Notes: generated by a model not told the origin, from the letters alone. A stretch of 64,000 nt of DNA from Candidatus Binatia bacterium (GCA_038245295.1 JBBRSP010000028.1:18732-82731); one strand, 5' to 3'; counted from the stretch's first letter, positions 1 through 9,490 are shown. Program-made: numbers and translations.

Positions 1-309
1 GTAACCATTGCAGCCGTTGACGTCGGGCGACGGACAGCCGACCAACGCGCGCTTCACCGCACCGACTACTTCGTCGATCGTGACTTGGGCGTCACCGTCG
101 GTATCGAAGGCGGGGCAGCGAGCAACATCCGCTTCGCCGAGGAGGATGTTGACGCCGGAAAGTAGCTCGTCGACGCTGACGTTGGAGTCGCCGTTACAGT
201 CGCCGGAGCAAGAAGTCTGCAGCGCGCGGGCATTCGAAGCGCCAGCGGCCAGCAGCACCATTGAGACGACACCAACTGCAAGCTTGGTCAAACATCGATC
301 GTTGTTCAT
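1..309 (-). CDS. Secreted protein with N-terminal dockerin/EF-hand-like Cys domain (5' part only; runs off the window)
   Basis: Manual translation from ATG at 309: MNNDRCLTKLAVGVVSMVLLAAGASNARA (signal-like), then CSGDCNGDSNVSVDELLSGVNILLG...CPAFDTDGDAQVTIDEVVGAV...GC...CNGY; frame open to the window edge; not in ORF track. Confidence 0.8.
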   Translation of the reverse strand, partial: MNNDRCLTKLAVGVVSMVLLAAGASNARALQTSCSGDCNGDSNVSVDELLSGVNILLGEADVARCPAFDTDGDAQVTIDEVVGAVKRALVGCPSPDVNGCNGY

Positions 310-465
310 CGTTGGACTTCCATAGGCACCGCCGCAAGGCAGGGTCAATTGTGCGCCGACAAGATCAAGGCCACATGTGCGCCGACTAGCAGCGGAGTTC
401 ACCGAAGGGTGCCGATGCTCAATGCCTCTGCACGTCAAGGCCCCCAACAGTTCGTGCGCGTAATG

Positions 466-1914
466 TTAACCGCCGACGACGCGGGAGTACCCCAACAACT
501 CGCGGTTCCACCAAAGCCCGGTAGGGGCGCGCGTCGCTGCATCGGTGAACGTGTAGTGGTAGATGGCGACCCGCAGCTTGGCGGGCGGCTCTCCGGGGAA
601 TGGGTTGATCGCGAACAGCGGCGCTACGGCCTCCGGCTTGTGCTGCATCTTGCGCAGTAGTGTGTCGAAGTACGGCGCGTCGCGGCGGCCGAGCAGGAGG
701 AACCACATAAGGAAGTCGACGCGCGGCTGATACGGCGCCACGAAGCCGGGGGCGCGCAATGGATCGCCGGGCTTGTAGCGAAACTCATAGGGCAGCCAGG
801 TTTGCCCGTCGCTCGAGCCTTCGATCACCGCCTCGCGGCGTACCAGGGTCATCGTGGCAAACAGGTGATAGGCGTTGATGCTCCGTATGCCGCCGAGGAC
901 ACGCCGCAGGGGGGTGAGCTGGGACGGAATCGAACCAACCAGAAACGGCAGAAAGGGGACGATGGAAATCAGCACCAGCAGCGCCGCGGCAGCAACGAGT
1001 GGTGGCGTAGGCCACCACGGTCGCGCTGGAGGGACGCGAGAGCGTGGGCCCAGCCAAAGCAAGCGACGCACCGAGTCCAGATGCCCGTCATCGAGCATCC
1101 ACAAGCAGAGCAACGCCGACAGGTAGTTGAAGAAGCCGTAGTTCGCCGTGAGGATGACGACGACCTGCAGGCCGAACATCAGAAGGAACGCCGGCGCCCG
1201 CAGGAGACGCGGCGCAAACACGCACCACGGAACGATCAACTCGATGAAGAACGTTAGCAGCGCTGTGGCCTGATGCGCCCACAACGGCCACTGATGAGCA
1301 TACCAGCCGAGCCACGTCGGGAGCGGCGCCGTTTCGTAGTAACTGACCATCGCCGTCAGATCTCGCCACGTCGGGTCGCCGGCCAGCAGCTTGGCGGCAC
1401 CCGACTCGACGTGCAGCCGGATCAGCAGCCACTGCATCAGGAACACGCCGGCCCAATGTGGCGCCGGCGCAGTTCGGCGACGGATGCCACCGGGAGCAAT
1501 GAAGAGCGAAAAGAAGGCGGTTTCGAGAAGTAGGTTGTCCCATTGGAAGCTGAGAAACTCCTGCCCGACGGTGACCAGCGATAGGTACAGGCCCCACAGG
1601 ACGATCAGGGAGTATCGCGGTGCGATACGCAGCACCAGCAGAACCGACACTCCGGCGCCGAGCAGCGTGGCGGCTTCGAGCAACCAATCGCTACAGCCGA
1701 GCCAGAAGATTGTCGGCGCATCGAGCCAACGCCACGGCAGTGGACCATCGAACCGTGAGAGATACTGCGCCGCAGGCAGCAGGCCGTCGCTGCCGAGGAG
1801 CAATCCGATCTGTGCGTAGAGGGAGAGAAAGGCAACGCAGAAGACGGCGCCGAGCAGGCTGAGGTGCAGATCACGCACCCCGGCGTGAGTAACTGCCCGA
1901 TGTGGCTTTTCCAT
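466..1914 (-). CDS. Lipase maturation factor (LMF1) family membrane protein
   Basis: GLLPA, FLSFQWDNLLLETAF, YYETAPLP, TANYGFFNYL, YEFRYKPGD, PYQPRVDFLMWF motifs; start moved to ATG 1914 because the longer ORF reads through a REP. Confidence 0.9.
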   Translation of the reverse strand: MEKPHRAVTHAGVRDLHLSLLGAVFCVAFLSLYAQIGLLLGSDGLLPAAQYLSRFDGPLPWRWLDAPTIFWLGCSDWLLEAATLLGAGVSVLLVLRIAPRYSLIVLWGLYLSLVTVGQEFLSFQWDNLLLETAFFSLFIAPGGIRRRTAPAPHWAGVFLMQWLLIRLHVESGAAKLLAGDPTWRDLTAMVSYYETAPLPTWLGWYAHQWPLWAHQATALLTFFIELIVPWCVFAPRLLRAPAFLLMFGLQVVVILTANYGFFNYLSALLCLWMLDDGHLDSVRRLLWLGPRSRVPPARPWWPTPPLVAAAALLVLISIVPFLPFLVGSIPSQLTPLRRVLGGIRSINAYHLFATMTLVRREAVIEGSSDGQTWLPYEFRYKPGDPLRAPGFVAPYQPRVDFLMWFLLLGRRDAPYFDTLLRKMQHKPEAVAPLFAINPFPGEPPAKLRVAIYHYTFTDAATRAPTGLWWNRELLGYSRVVGG

Positions 1915-1930
1915 CGTCGTCGGAACACAC

Positions 1931-2008
1931 CGCAGGCTAAAGCCGGCGGCTACCGGTCCCCATTTCCTTCTGCGCATTCAGGATGGTAGGCGCAGGCGTT
2001 AGCCTGCG
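1931..2008. repeat. Inverted pair of GTAG-type REP palindromes
   Basis: cgcaggctaaagccggcggctacc (1931-1954) and ggtaggcgcaggcgttagcctgcg (1985-2008); consensus GGTAGGCGCAGGCTTYAGCCTGCG recurs about 8 times in the window. Confidence 0.85.
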
Positions 2009-2065
2009 GCACCGCTGAGCGCAGGCTGACCATCTCGAGATTGCCGTACAGAGCGATGCGCTCCA

Positions 2066-4420
2066 TCAACGATGAGTAATCGAGATATGACGGCGGCCGG
2101 CCGCACCGATCCGGGCACGCAAATGCCAATGCCCGGTGGCAGCATCGTACGACCACGACTCACCGTCGGCATTCGACGACGCAGGCACCTCTTCCAACGC
2201 ACCGGCTTGCCAACCGGAAATCGCCCGAGGCGGTTGCGCCGACCAGCCATTGATCTCCGCCAGGGAGCCCGGCACGCCGAGAATATCGAAGTGAATCCTT
2301 GGGCCGTCGACGCCAACATGGTCGATGCGGCGGTCGCCCATCGTCGCGTACTTGGTGGTGTCGCCAAAGACGGTGATGTCACCGGGGAGGACTGGGCAGA
2401 CGACGCGGTAGTCCCAGTCTTGGAATCCAAGGCCGGCATCCCACCCACCGGTGCTGTCCAGACGCATCGAAGTGCCGCGACGCCAATCGTAGACGATCAC
2501 CGGCTGACTCGGCGCCAGGACACCAAAGTCGCTCAGCTGCACATGGAATGCGAGGTCCTGTTTCTCGCGCCAGGCGTTGAAGCTCGTCACATACAGCCAG
2601 GTTCCCGCCGGGTGCTCCGAGTAACACTCGCCGATCAACGGTTCGGCGAAGAGAAAGGCGTTATGGCGGAAGCAACGATCGAGAGCAGCGATCGGCACAT
2701 CGGGTTTGATCAACACACCGTCCTCGCGACAGGTGCGCAGGATCAGGTCGCGATTGGCGTGACCGATCTGATCGCCAATCCCGACGGGCCCGGTGCTGAG
2801 CGCCGACAACATTGCCTCGATCTCGGCGTACGGCTCGCCACCGTGCTGCGGCGTTGGGCCGTGCGACAGGAAGAGATCCTTGAAGGCGCGCAATCCGAGG
2901 GCGCGCGCCATGGCGTTGGTTTGGAGGAACCACACCCAGTTGAGCCCGTTGTCGAACAGGTAGCGGTAGTCGCCGCTGGTGCGGATCGAGGCCAGGTTGC
3001 GCAGGCTGACGCTTTGCATGAAGTCGGCGGGTGTCGACATGCACCACATGAGGTGCAGCCCATGTTCGCCGGCGGCGCGATCCATGTTCTCCTGCCACTC
3101 GCGGGCGCGATCCGGCACCTCGCGCAACCCACGCACATGGAGGAAGGAATCAACCATCCAGTCTTGTTCGTACGTCTCGGCACCCCAACGCTCCGCATTC
3201 GCCATCATCTCGTCGTACAACTCGGGTCCCGACGGATGGGCAAACTCGCGGTCGCGCCAGGCGGCGTATCGTTCGAAATACGGCGAGTCGATCGAGAAGT
3301 GCCGGCTGTGGAACGACAGCGGCAGATGGCCGAGGCGTGATTGCAGCGACGTGAAGCCTTCCGGGAACAAGTCAGGGCGCGGCTCCCACAGCATCATGCC
3401 GCTCGGCGGCACGAGATCGGCGCCGGCATCACTGACCTCACGTGGGATGCGGTGGCTGTAGAACCACGAGTCCAAATGCACCGAGGCGATCGGCACGTCG
3501 CGCGCGTCGAGATCATCGACCACTTTCTCGAGCGTCTGCGTGTAATCGCAGCCGGGCTCGGTGCGGTAGTAATAGACGCCGCCGTTGTCGGTCCAATACG
3601 ACAACTTGCCGAGCAGGTCGTCGCAGTAGCGACTGAGACGGCGCGTATGATGGCGTTGCTGCAGCAACGTGCCCCACTCGGTCAGCGCCTGGCGCGGCGT
3701 CGGCGCCGCCCATACGGCGAACTCCGTGGCAAAACCTTCCGGGACGAGGGACAGATCACCATGCCAGCCACACAGAACACCGTGCTCGGCGTGTTCCGCG
3801 TCTGGCGGCACCGAGATGATCTGCTCATGGAACTGATTGAGTGGGGCCAGCAGAAGGGTTCGGCAGTCCGGCGCGATCCAGCACAACGGCTCGACGACGC
3901 TGACCCGATGCGGCGCCATCAGAAAGCCGCGGCAGGCATCGTCACCGCTGACCGGCAAAGCAAACTCGGCGTATTGATAGCCAAAGGTGCGCGTGTCGGG
4001 AGCGATGCCGTCGGCGGACCGCCGAAGCGGGAAGAATGCCGGCCACGCCAACGTCGGCTGCACGAACGATCCGCTACCCAACTGGCACAGGGCTTCGGGA
4101 GCTTCGCTCCGAAAGACCAGGAGTGGGCGCTGTGCATAGGCGCGCACGGAGGTGTGCGCGGCGAAAGGCATGCCGCCCCATTCGATGCGCACGGCTTCGA
4201 AAGCGCCGAGATCGTCGCTGCCGTGAGAGCGCGTCAACGACGGACTCAGACGTTCGTCGCCGACTGCGCCGGCACCGTGACGCACCACCTCGCCGGCGCG
4301 CGCGATGATGCCGAGCGGACCCAGCCAATCAGCCTCGCGCCAGGCAATGCGCCAGTGGGGCGCGTCGTCCAACAACAAGGTCAGACCATCGGCAGCGTGC
4401 AACTCGATTGGTACCGTCAT
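2066..4420 (-). CDS. Putative glycoside hydrolase, clan GH-D-like (GH27/31/36) TIM barrel, 784 aa
   Basis: SYWTDNGGVYYY, HLDSWFY, TYEQDWM (candidate nucleophile Asp), IRTSGDY (candidate acid/base Asp), GPVGIGD; start ATG 4420 lies downstream of the repeat insertion. Confidence 0.6.
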   Translation of the reverse strand: MTVPIELHAADGLTLLLDDAPHWRIAWREADWLGPLGIIARAGEVVRHGAGAVGDERLSPSLTRSHGSDDLGAFEAVRIEWGGMPFAAHTSVRAYAQRPLLVFRSEAPEALCQLGSGSFVQPTLAWPAFFPLRRSADGIAPDTRTFGYQYAEFALPVSGDDACRGFLMAPHRVSVVEPLCWIAPDCRTLLLAPLNQFHEQIISVPPDAEHAEHGVLCGWHGDLSLVPEGFATEFAVWAAPTPRQALTEWGTLLQQRHHTRRLSRYCDDLLGKLSYWTDNGGVYYYRTEPGCDYTQTLEKVVDDLDARDVPIASVHLDSWFYSHRIPREVSDAGADLVPPSGMMLWEPRPDLFPEGFTSLQSRLGHLPLSFHSRHFSIDSPYFERYAAWRDREFAHPSGPELYDEMMANAERWGAETYEQDWMVDSFLHVRGLREVPDRAREWQENMDRAAGEHGLHLMWCMSTPADFMQSVSLRNLASIRTSGDYRYLFDNGLNWVWFLQTNAMARALGLRAFKDLFLSHGPTPQHGGEPYAEIEAMLSALSTGPVGIGDQIGHANRDLILRTCREDGVLIKPDVPIAALDRCFRHNAFLFAEPLIGECYSEHPAGTWLYVTSFNAWREKQDLAFHVQLSDFGVLAPSQPVIVYDWRRGTSMRLDSTGGWDAGLGFQDWDYRVVCPVLPGDITVFGDTTKYATMGDRRIDHVGVDGPRIHFDILGVPGSLAEINGWSAQPPRAISGWQAGALEEVPASSNADGESWSYDAATGHWHLRARIGAAGRRHISITHR

Positions 4421-4482
4421 ACGTCGCTCTTCTAAAGGCGAATCGTCGCCGGAGCAAACGCGCGCAGCACCGCAGGCTGAAA

Positions 4483-4616
4483 GAGGCTGTCTCAAAACAT
4501 AGACTCACCCTTCGACGGGCTCAGGGCGAGCGGACAAAATGTCTTTGAAAATCAACCAAGCACCCGCTCAGGCTGAGCCTGTCGAAGCCGGCTCCGCAAG
4601 GTTTTGAGACAGCCTC
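4483..4616. mobile_element. 134-bp MITE-like element inserted in the loop of a GTAG REP
   Basis: Perfect 16-bp TIR GAGGCTGTCTCAAAAC (4483-4498) / GTTTTGAGACAGCCTC (4601-4616); direct repeat TGAAA at 4478-4482 and 4617-4621; flanks rejoin to cgcaggc-TGAAA-gcctgcgcctacc. Confidence 0.85.
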
Positions 4617-4660
4617 TGAAAGCCTGCGCCTACCGGCTGCGACCGGGTCGGAACAAGGTC

Positions 4661-4684
4661 GGTAGGCGCAAGCTTCAGCTTGCG
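4661..4684 (+). repeat. GTAG-type REP
   Basis: ggtaggcgcaagcttcagcttgcg, with compensatory stem changes relative to the consensus. Confidence 0.85.
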
Positions 4685-4723
4685 GCGGAGCGGCAGCCGA
4701 CGTTGCCGCGAGTTGGGACGAAG

Positions 4724-5095
4724 TCAGAACGGAAGTTCGTATTTGAGAGGAACGCGGCGCTCCTTCGCCGGCCCCTTCCAGCGCCACGCTTTCATGTCGA
4801 TGGCGCCCGAGCGGCTGAAGGCGACGCCTTCTGCTTCGAGCAGCGTGCGCTGACGGTCGGGGCGATAGACGTCGCCGTGAATGCTGATGCGCCCGGCGGC
4901 GTTGACGACGCGTTGCCACGGAACGACGGTGTGAAGTGAGCGCGGCAATTGCCGCAGAGCGGTGCCGACGGCGCGCGCCGCGCGCGGGTGGCCGAGGATG
5001 GCGGCGACCTGACCGTAGGTCACCACCTTGCCGCGTGGCACCCGCCGAACGAGTTGATAGACAGCTCGATGGAAGACGGGGACGCTGGTTTTCAC
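4724..5095 (-). CDS. Alkyltransferase-like protein (Atl/YbaZ, MGMT family)
   Basis: VPRGKVVTYGQVA...ARAVG...VPWQRVVN: Trp replaces the catalytic Cys of the PCHR motif; GTG start overlaps the upstream stop (GTGA). Confidence 0.88.
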   Translation of the reverse strand: MKTSVPVFHRAVYQLVRRVPRGKVVTYGQVAAILGHPRAARAVGTALRQLPRSLHTVVPWQRVVNAAGRISIHGDVYRPDRQRTLLEAEGVAFSRSGAIDMKAWRWKGPAKERRVPLKYELPF

Positions 5096-5385
5096 GCCGA
5101 GTGTGGCAGCGTCTCTGGATTCACCGGCAGCGGCGCCGGTTCCGCTTGCAGGCGCGCCAGGCGACGGAAGTAGAAAACGACGGCGAGGATCATGCCGACA
5201 ATGCCAAACGGCAGCAATGACAATGAGATGGTGCTCCAGAAGTAGGTATCGGACAGCTTGGCGTTGTCTTGGGCCAAACAACCGGGGCATGCGGCAGCCA
5301 GGTTCGGCCCCATCAGCAGAAGAGCACCGACGATGAGGGCTAGCGCCGCTCGCGGGTTAGATCTCGTCGCCCCGGCGAAGACCAA
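5092..5385 (-). CDS. Small membrane protein with CPGC motif, oxidase-operon associated (start uncertain)
   Basis: Hydrophobic signal-like segment ending AAA-CPGC, one TM helix (FWSTISLSLLPFGIVGMILAVVFYF), basic RR; stop coupled to the Atl start. Confidence 0.65.
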   Translation of the reverse strand: MVFAGATRSNPRAALALIVGALLLMGPNLAAACPGCLAQDNAKLSDTYFWSTISLSLLPFGIVGMILAVVFYFRRLARLQAEPAPLPVNPETLPHSA

Positions 5386-5459
5386 GGCCCAGTGATGGAA
5401 TCCTTGCCTACCGCGCAGATTCGGTACCGGCTCGGGGTCCCGGCCTTCGCCGGGACGAC
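5366..5459. repeat. Degenerate inverted REP pair, GTCRTCCCGGCGAAGGCCGGGA type
   Basis: gtcgccccggcgaagaccaaggccca ... ggggtcccggccttcgccgggacgac; same family recurs at 43001-43194. Confidence 0.65.
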
Positions 5460-5473
5460 ACCGACCCTTTGGT

Positions 5474-6067
5474 CTACTGATAGACGACGACATAAAGCAC
5501 CAGCCAGACGAAAATGATGAAGAACCAATAGATCTGCGCCGCACTGACGCCTCCGAAGTGGGTGGCTGAGTAGCGACCACGACGCGTGTCGTATGCCACA
5601 ATCGCCAAGAACAACAGCCCACCCAGCAGGTGGATCGCATGGGCGCCGACCAACGTGTAGAAAACGCCGGCGTAGTTGCCGCCGCTCGCCCCGAGCCCGT
5701 GATTGACCAACCGGATCCACTCGCTGCCCTGCACGACCAAGAATATTGTTCCGAGGGCGGCGGTGATCGCCAGCCACTGAGCCGCCGTTCGGATATTGCT
5801 GCGACGCAGCGCTCCCGAGGCACGCGCAACGGTGAAGCCGCTGAACAACAGGAGTGCGGTATTCGCCGCCGTGACGGGGCCGGGCAGACGCGGCTGATTC
5901 GGTGGGGGCCAGGCAATCGCCCCGGCTTTCAAGATCATGAAGGCGCTCATCAAGCCGGCGAAGAACATCGTCGCCGCACCGATGAAGATGAGGACGCCGA
6001 TGACGGCACTCGGCACCAGAGGCCGTGTCGGGCCAACGCCCGATCTCATAGGCAGGGCAGCGCCCAT
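5474..6067 (-). CDS. Heme-copper oxidase subunit III-like protein (second, short paralog)
   Basis: Five TM helices, NTALLLFSG, FYTLVGAHAIHLLGG, YWFF. Confidence 0.88.
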   Translation of the reverse strand: MGAALPMRSGVGPTRPLVPSAVIGVLIFIGAATMFFAGLMSAFMILKAGAIAWPPPNQPRLPGPVTAANTALLLFSGFTVARASGALRRSNIRTAAQWLAITAALGTIFLVVQGSEWIRLVNHGLGASGGNYAGVFYTLVGAHAIHLLGGLLFLAIVAYDTRRGRYSATHFGGVSAAQIYWFFIIFVWLVLYVVVYQ

Positions 6068-6379
6068 CTACTCATGCGCTTCCATCGCCGGGGGCGGCGG
6101 CGGCGCTTTACGCGGATCCAGCGTCGCATCCGCAACGATGTAGATCAGGATTCCTGCCAACACGACGGGAATTCCGATGAGAGCGTAAATCATCGAAGGC
6201 ACGCCGTGGACATGCATGTAGTGGCGCAGCACCAGGAACGCCTTGACCACGGCAACAGCGAAGATGAGGTAGACGGCGATGCCGTGCGGCAGCTTGAGGC
6301 AAGCGACGCCAAGCACCAGCAAGACCATCAAGAAGATCCAGATGGTTCCGTATCCGATCGAGGGCTTTTCTGCACTCAT
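6068..6379 (-). CDS. Cytochrome c oxidase subunit IV family protein
   Basis: Three TM helices, AVVKAFLVLRHYMH motif; position within the operon. Confidence 0.85.
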   Translation of the reverse strand: MSAEKPSIGYGTIWIFLMVLLVLGVACLKLPHGIAVYLIFAVAVVKAFLVLRHYMHVHGVPSMIYALIGIPVVLAGILIYIVADATLDPRKAPPPPPAMEAHE

Positions 6380-6404
6380 TGGTTTGCCTCGCAGTCCTGT
6401 TGCT

Positions 6405-7004
6405 TCACGCCAAGTAGAGGAGCGGGAAGAGGAAGATCCACACCACGTCGACGAAGTGCCAATACAAGCCGGCATACTCGACGCGATGTTTCACCAGATC
6501 CCAACTCGCGCGATAAGTTGCCAGGAAGAGGATGAAGTTGACGATGATGCCGCCAATGACGTGTAGCCCATGCAGCCCGGTCATAGTGTAATAGAATGAC
6601 CAGAACGTGCTCGTCCAAGGCACAAACCCGTGGCTGATTTCGCGCGAGTACTCGAAGGTCTTGAAGCACAGGAACAGGCAGCCGAGGAGTACCGTAATCA
6701 ACAGATTACGGCGCGCGCCTTCGCGATCACCCGCTTCGGCGGCGGCGTGTGCCTGCACGATGGTCAGACTGCTGGTGACCAGGACAATCGTATTCATGAT
6801 GGCGATCGTCGCGTTGAGGTGGGCGCGCTCGGCATCCCAACCGCCAGCGGCGATGCGCATCAGCGCATAGGTGCCCATGAAGGTTCCAAAGACGCAGATT
6901 TCGGAAGATAAGAACCACCACATCCCAGCCCGCCCGAAGGGCAGTTGGGCGAACGGGCCGCCTTCGTACTGCGGATGTGCTGCGGTTGTCGTGGCGCTGC
7001 TCAT
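6405..7004 (-). CDS. coxC: Cytochrome c oxidase subunit III
   Basis: [50 protein letters not shown] overlap with subunit I. Confidence 0.92.
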   Translation of the reverse strand: MSSATTTAAHPQYEGGPFAQLPFGRAGMWWFLSSEICVFGTFMGTYALMRIAAGGWDAERAHLNATIAIMNTIVLVTSSLTIVQAHAAAEAGDREGARRNLLITVLLGCLFLCFKTFEYSREISHGFVPWTSTFWSFYYTMTGLHGLHVIGGIIVNFILFLATYRASWDLVKHRVEYAGLYWHFVDVVWIFLFPLLYLA

Positions 7005-8725
7005 GACACACCTCGTACGGATGGCACCCACTGCGGCGTCCAGTCCTGTTTCGCGCCCGGCTCGCTAAAATCGTAGGGATCACGATACACCGTCGGGACC
7101 GTCTCGAAATTGATGTGCGGCGGCGGTGACGACGTCGCCCATTCCAGCGTGTTGGCGTTCCACGGATTGTCGCCCGCTACTTCGCCGGCGAAGTAGCTCC
7201 ACACGATGTTGATGACCAACAGGCTCTGCGCCAGGATCAGAACGATCGCGGCGTACGTGACGAATACGTGCGTCGGCTGGATCTCCTTCAAGAACTCGTA
7301 CTGCAGCGGGTTGTAGATGCGCCGCATGTGGCCGGCGATGCCGACGAAGAACAGCGGGATGAAAACGCAGTTGAAGGACACCGTCGTGATCAAGCAGTGC
7401 AGCTTGCCAAGAGTCTCGTTCATCATGCGGCCGGTCATCTTGGGGAACCAGTAGTAGAGACCGGTGAAGCCGCCGAGAAACACCGACGGGAACAACGTGT
7501 AGTGGAAGTGCGCCACCACGTAGTAGGTGCCGTGGAGATAGATATCGATGGCCGCCGAGCCGAGGAAGATGCCGGTAACGCCGCCGACCAGGAAGGTGGC
7601 GAGAGTAGAAAGCGCAAACAGCATCGGCGTGGCAAATCGAATCGACGCACCCCAAAGGGTGGCGATCATCGAAAACATCATCACGGCGAACGGCACCGAG
7701 ATGAGGATCGTGGTGATGCTGAATGGTGTCGCGAGACGCGCATCGATGCCGCTGACAAACATGTGGTGCGCCCACACGACGAAGCTCAAGATCCCGGCAG
7801 CAATCGTCGAGTAGATGATCGCCTTGTACCCGTAGACCGGCTTGCGCGAGAACACCGGCAAGACCTCGAGGATCATGCCGAAACCCGGCAGGAGAACGAC
7901 GTACACTTCGGGGTGACCGAAGAACCAGAACAGGTGCTGGAAGAGCAACGGGTCGCCGCCACGCGCCGGCAGGAAGAAGCCCGTGCCCATCGTCCGATCG
8001 AGCAGCAGCATGATACCGCCGGCTGCGATCGGCCCAACCGACAGCATGAACAGCACGGCGGCAGTGATCTCCATCCAGACGAACAGCGGCAGACGCCAAA
8101 GCGACAAGCCCGGGGCGCGCATGTTGATCGTCGTCACCATGAAGTTCACACCGCCCATCAGGAACGAAGCGAACTCGACGATGATCGCCAGCAGCCACAA
8201 ATGGCCGCCCCAGTTGACGCCGCTCAGATTAGGATCGGCGGAGAGTGGGGGATACGACGTCCAACCGCCGGCCGCCGGACCACCCGGAACGAACCACGAT
8301 GCCGTGAGGATGCAGGACGCCACGAAGATCGTCCAGAACGACATCATGTTGAGCCGCGGGAAAGCCATATCTGGAGCCCCGACCATCAATGGTAGGAAGT
8401 AATTGCCGAACCCGCCGAGCAAGATCGGCATGGCAACGAAGAAGATCATAATCGTGCCATGCATGGTGACGAATGCGTTGTATTGATCTGGCCCGAAGAA
8501 TCCCGACTCCTGCATCAATCCCAGGATCGGTGCTTCGGTCTCCGGCCATGCCAGCTGCCAGCGAATGAGAAACGCGGTGAAGCCGCCGATGATCGCCATC
8601 GCGAAACCGAGCGTCAGGTACTGCTTGCCGATCACCTTGTGGTCGACCGAGAAGATGTACTTGCGCCAGAACGATGTCGGCTCGTGGTGCCCCGCGTGTA
8701 CTTCTGCGTGTGCTCCTGCCTGCAT
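7001..8725 (-). CDS. coxA: Heme-copper oxidase subunit I, A-family, with atypical K-channel
   Basis: [58 protein letters not shown] pair. Confidence 0.96.
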   Translation of the reverse strand: MQAGAHAEVHAGHHEPTSFWRKYIFSVDHKVIGKQYLTLGFAMAIIGGFTAFLIRWQLAWPETEAPILGLMQESGFFGPDQYNAFVTMHGTIMIFFVAMPILLGGFGNYFLPLMVGAPDMAFPRLNMMSFWTIFVASCILTASWFVPGGPAAGGWTSYPPLSADPNLSGVNWGGHLWLLAIIVEFASFLMGGVNFMVTTINMRAPGLSLWRLPLFVWMEITAAVLFMLSVGPIAAGGIMLLLDRTMGTGFFLPARGGDPLLFQHLFWFFGHPEVYVVLLPGFGMILEVLPVFSRKPVYGYKAIIYSTIAAGILSFVVWAHHMFVSGIDARLATPFSITTILISVPFAVMMFSMIATLWGASIRFATPMLFALSTLATFLVGGVTGIFLGSAAIDIYLHGTYYVVAHFHYTLFPSVFLGGFTGLYYWFPKMTGRMMNETLGKLHCLITTVSFNCVFIPLFFVGIAGHMRRIYNPLQYEFLKEIQPTHVFVTYAAIVLILAQSLLVINIVWSYFAGEVAGDNPWNANTLEWATSSPPPHINFETVPTVYRDPYDFSEPGAKQDWTPQWVPSVRGVS

Positions 8726-8749
8726 GATCTCTACCTTCCCCTCAGCAAG

Positions 8750-9460
8750 TTAACTGGCCGTGTCGTTGGTCGACGCCGCTTTTGCCGTGGCAGGCCAACG
8801 CTCGGATACCCACTTGTCGTACTCTTCGGGTGTGTGGACGAAGAACGCGCCCTTCATCCCAGAGTGGCCGAAGCCGCACAACTCGGCACAGACGACCTCG
8901 TATTCTCCCGGCTTGGTCGCATTGAACCACATCTTGATGGTGCGGCCGGGAACAGCGTCCTGCTTGAGCCGCACGTTGGGTAGGAAGAAGCTGTGCAAAA
9001 CGTCCTTGGCCTGCAGATCCAACAGAATGTTCTTGTTGACCGGAACGTGCAACTCGTCGCCGATGGTCAGATCATCATCGGTGCCGAACTTGCCGTCCGG
9101 CCCCGGGTAGGTGAACTCCCACTGGAATTGCTTGCCGCTGACGTGAACCTCAACGCCCGAGGTCGGGAAGTGATCGACTTCCTTGATGCGCGCCCACAGC
9201 GGGCCGCTCTTGGCTTCGATGACCATATCCAACCCGAAGACGATGATGGTGGGAACGAGGACCCACGCCAGTTGGCTCCAGGTGTCGCCTCGGATGTACT
9301 GCGCCGGGTGTCCGGCGCGGCGACGGTAGCGTATCATCAAGTAGAATAGGAGAACTTCCGCGGCGACGAACCAGGCGCCGACGACGTAGTATACGAAGTA
9401 ATACAGGGAATCGAGATCGCCCCCGTAGGTGGAGATATTCTCCGGAAACCAACTACCCAT
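8750..9460 (-). CDS. coxB: Cytochrome c oxidase subunit II (CuA; no fused cytochrome c)
   Basis: Two TM helices, QFQWEFTY, DVLHSF, CAELCGFGHSGM CuA motif; GAGGAG RBS. Confidence 0.95.
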   Translation of the reverse strand: MGSWFPENISTYGGDLDSLYYFVYYVVGAWFVAAEVLLFYLMIRYRRRAGHPAQYIRGDTWSQLAWVLVPTIIVFGLDMVIEAKSGPLWARIKEVDHFPTSGVEVHVSGKQFQWEFTYPGPDGKFGTDDDLTIGDELHVPVNKNILLDLQAKDVLHSFFLPNVRLKQDAVPGRTIKMWFNATKPGEYEVVCAELCGFGHSGMKGAFFVHTPEEYDKWVSERWPATAKAASTNDTAS

Positions 9461-9490
9461 GCCCTACTCCTCTCGGCGCTACCGAACTTC

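Noticed and set aside
2072..4435. Long antisense ORFs (also 7268-8395, 9608-10990, 31485-33131, 34066-35262, 49392-50528)
   Set aside because: Shadow frames of motif-bearing genes on the opposite strand, as expected in high-GC DNA
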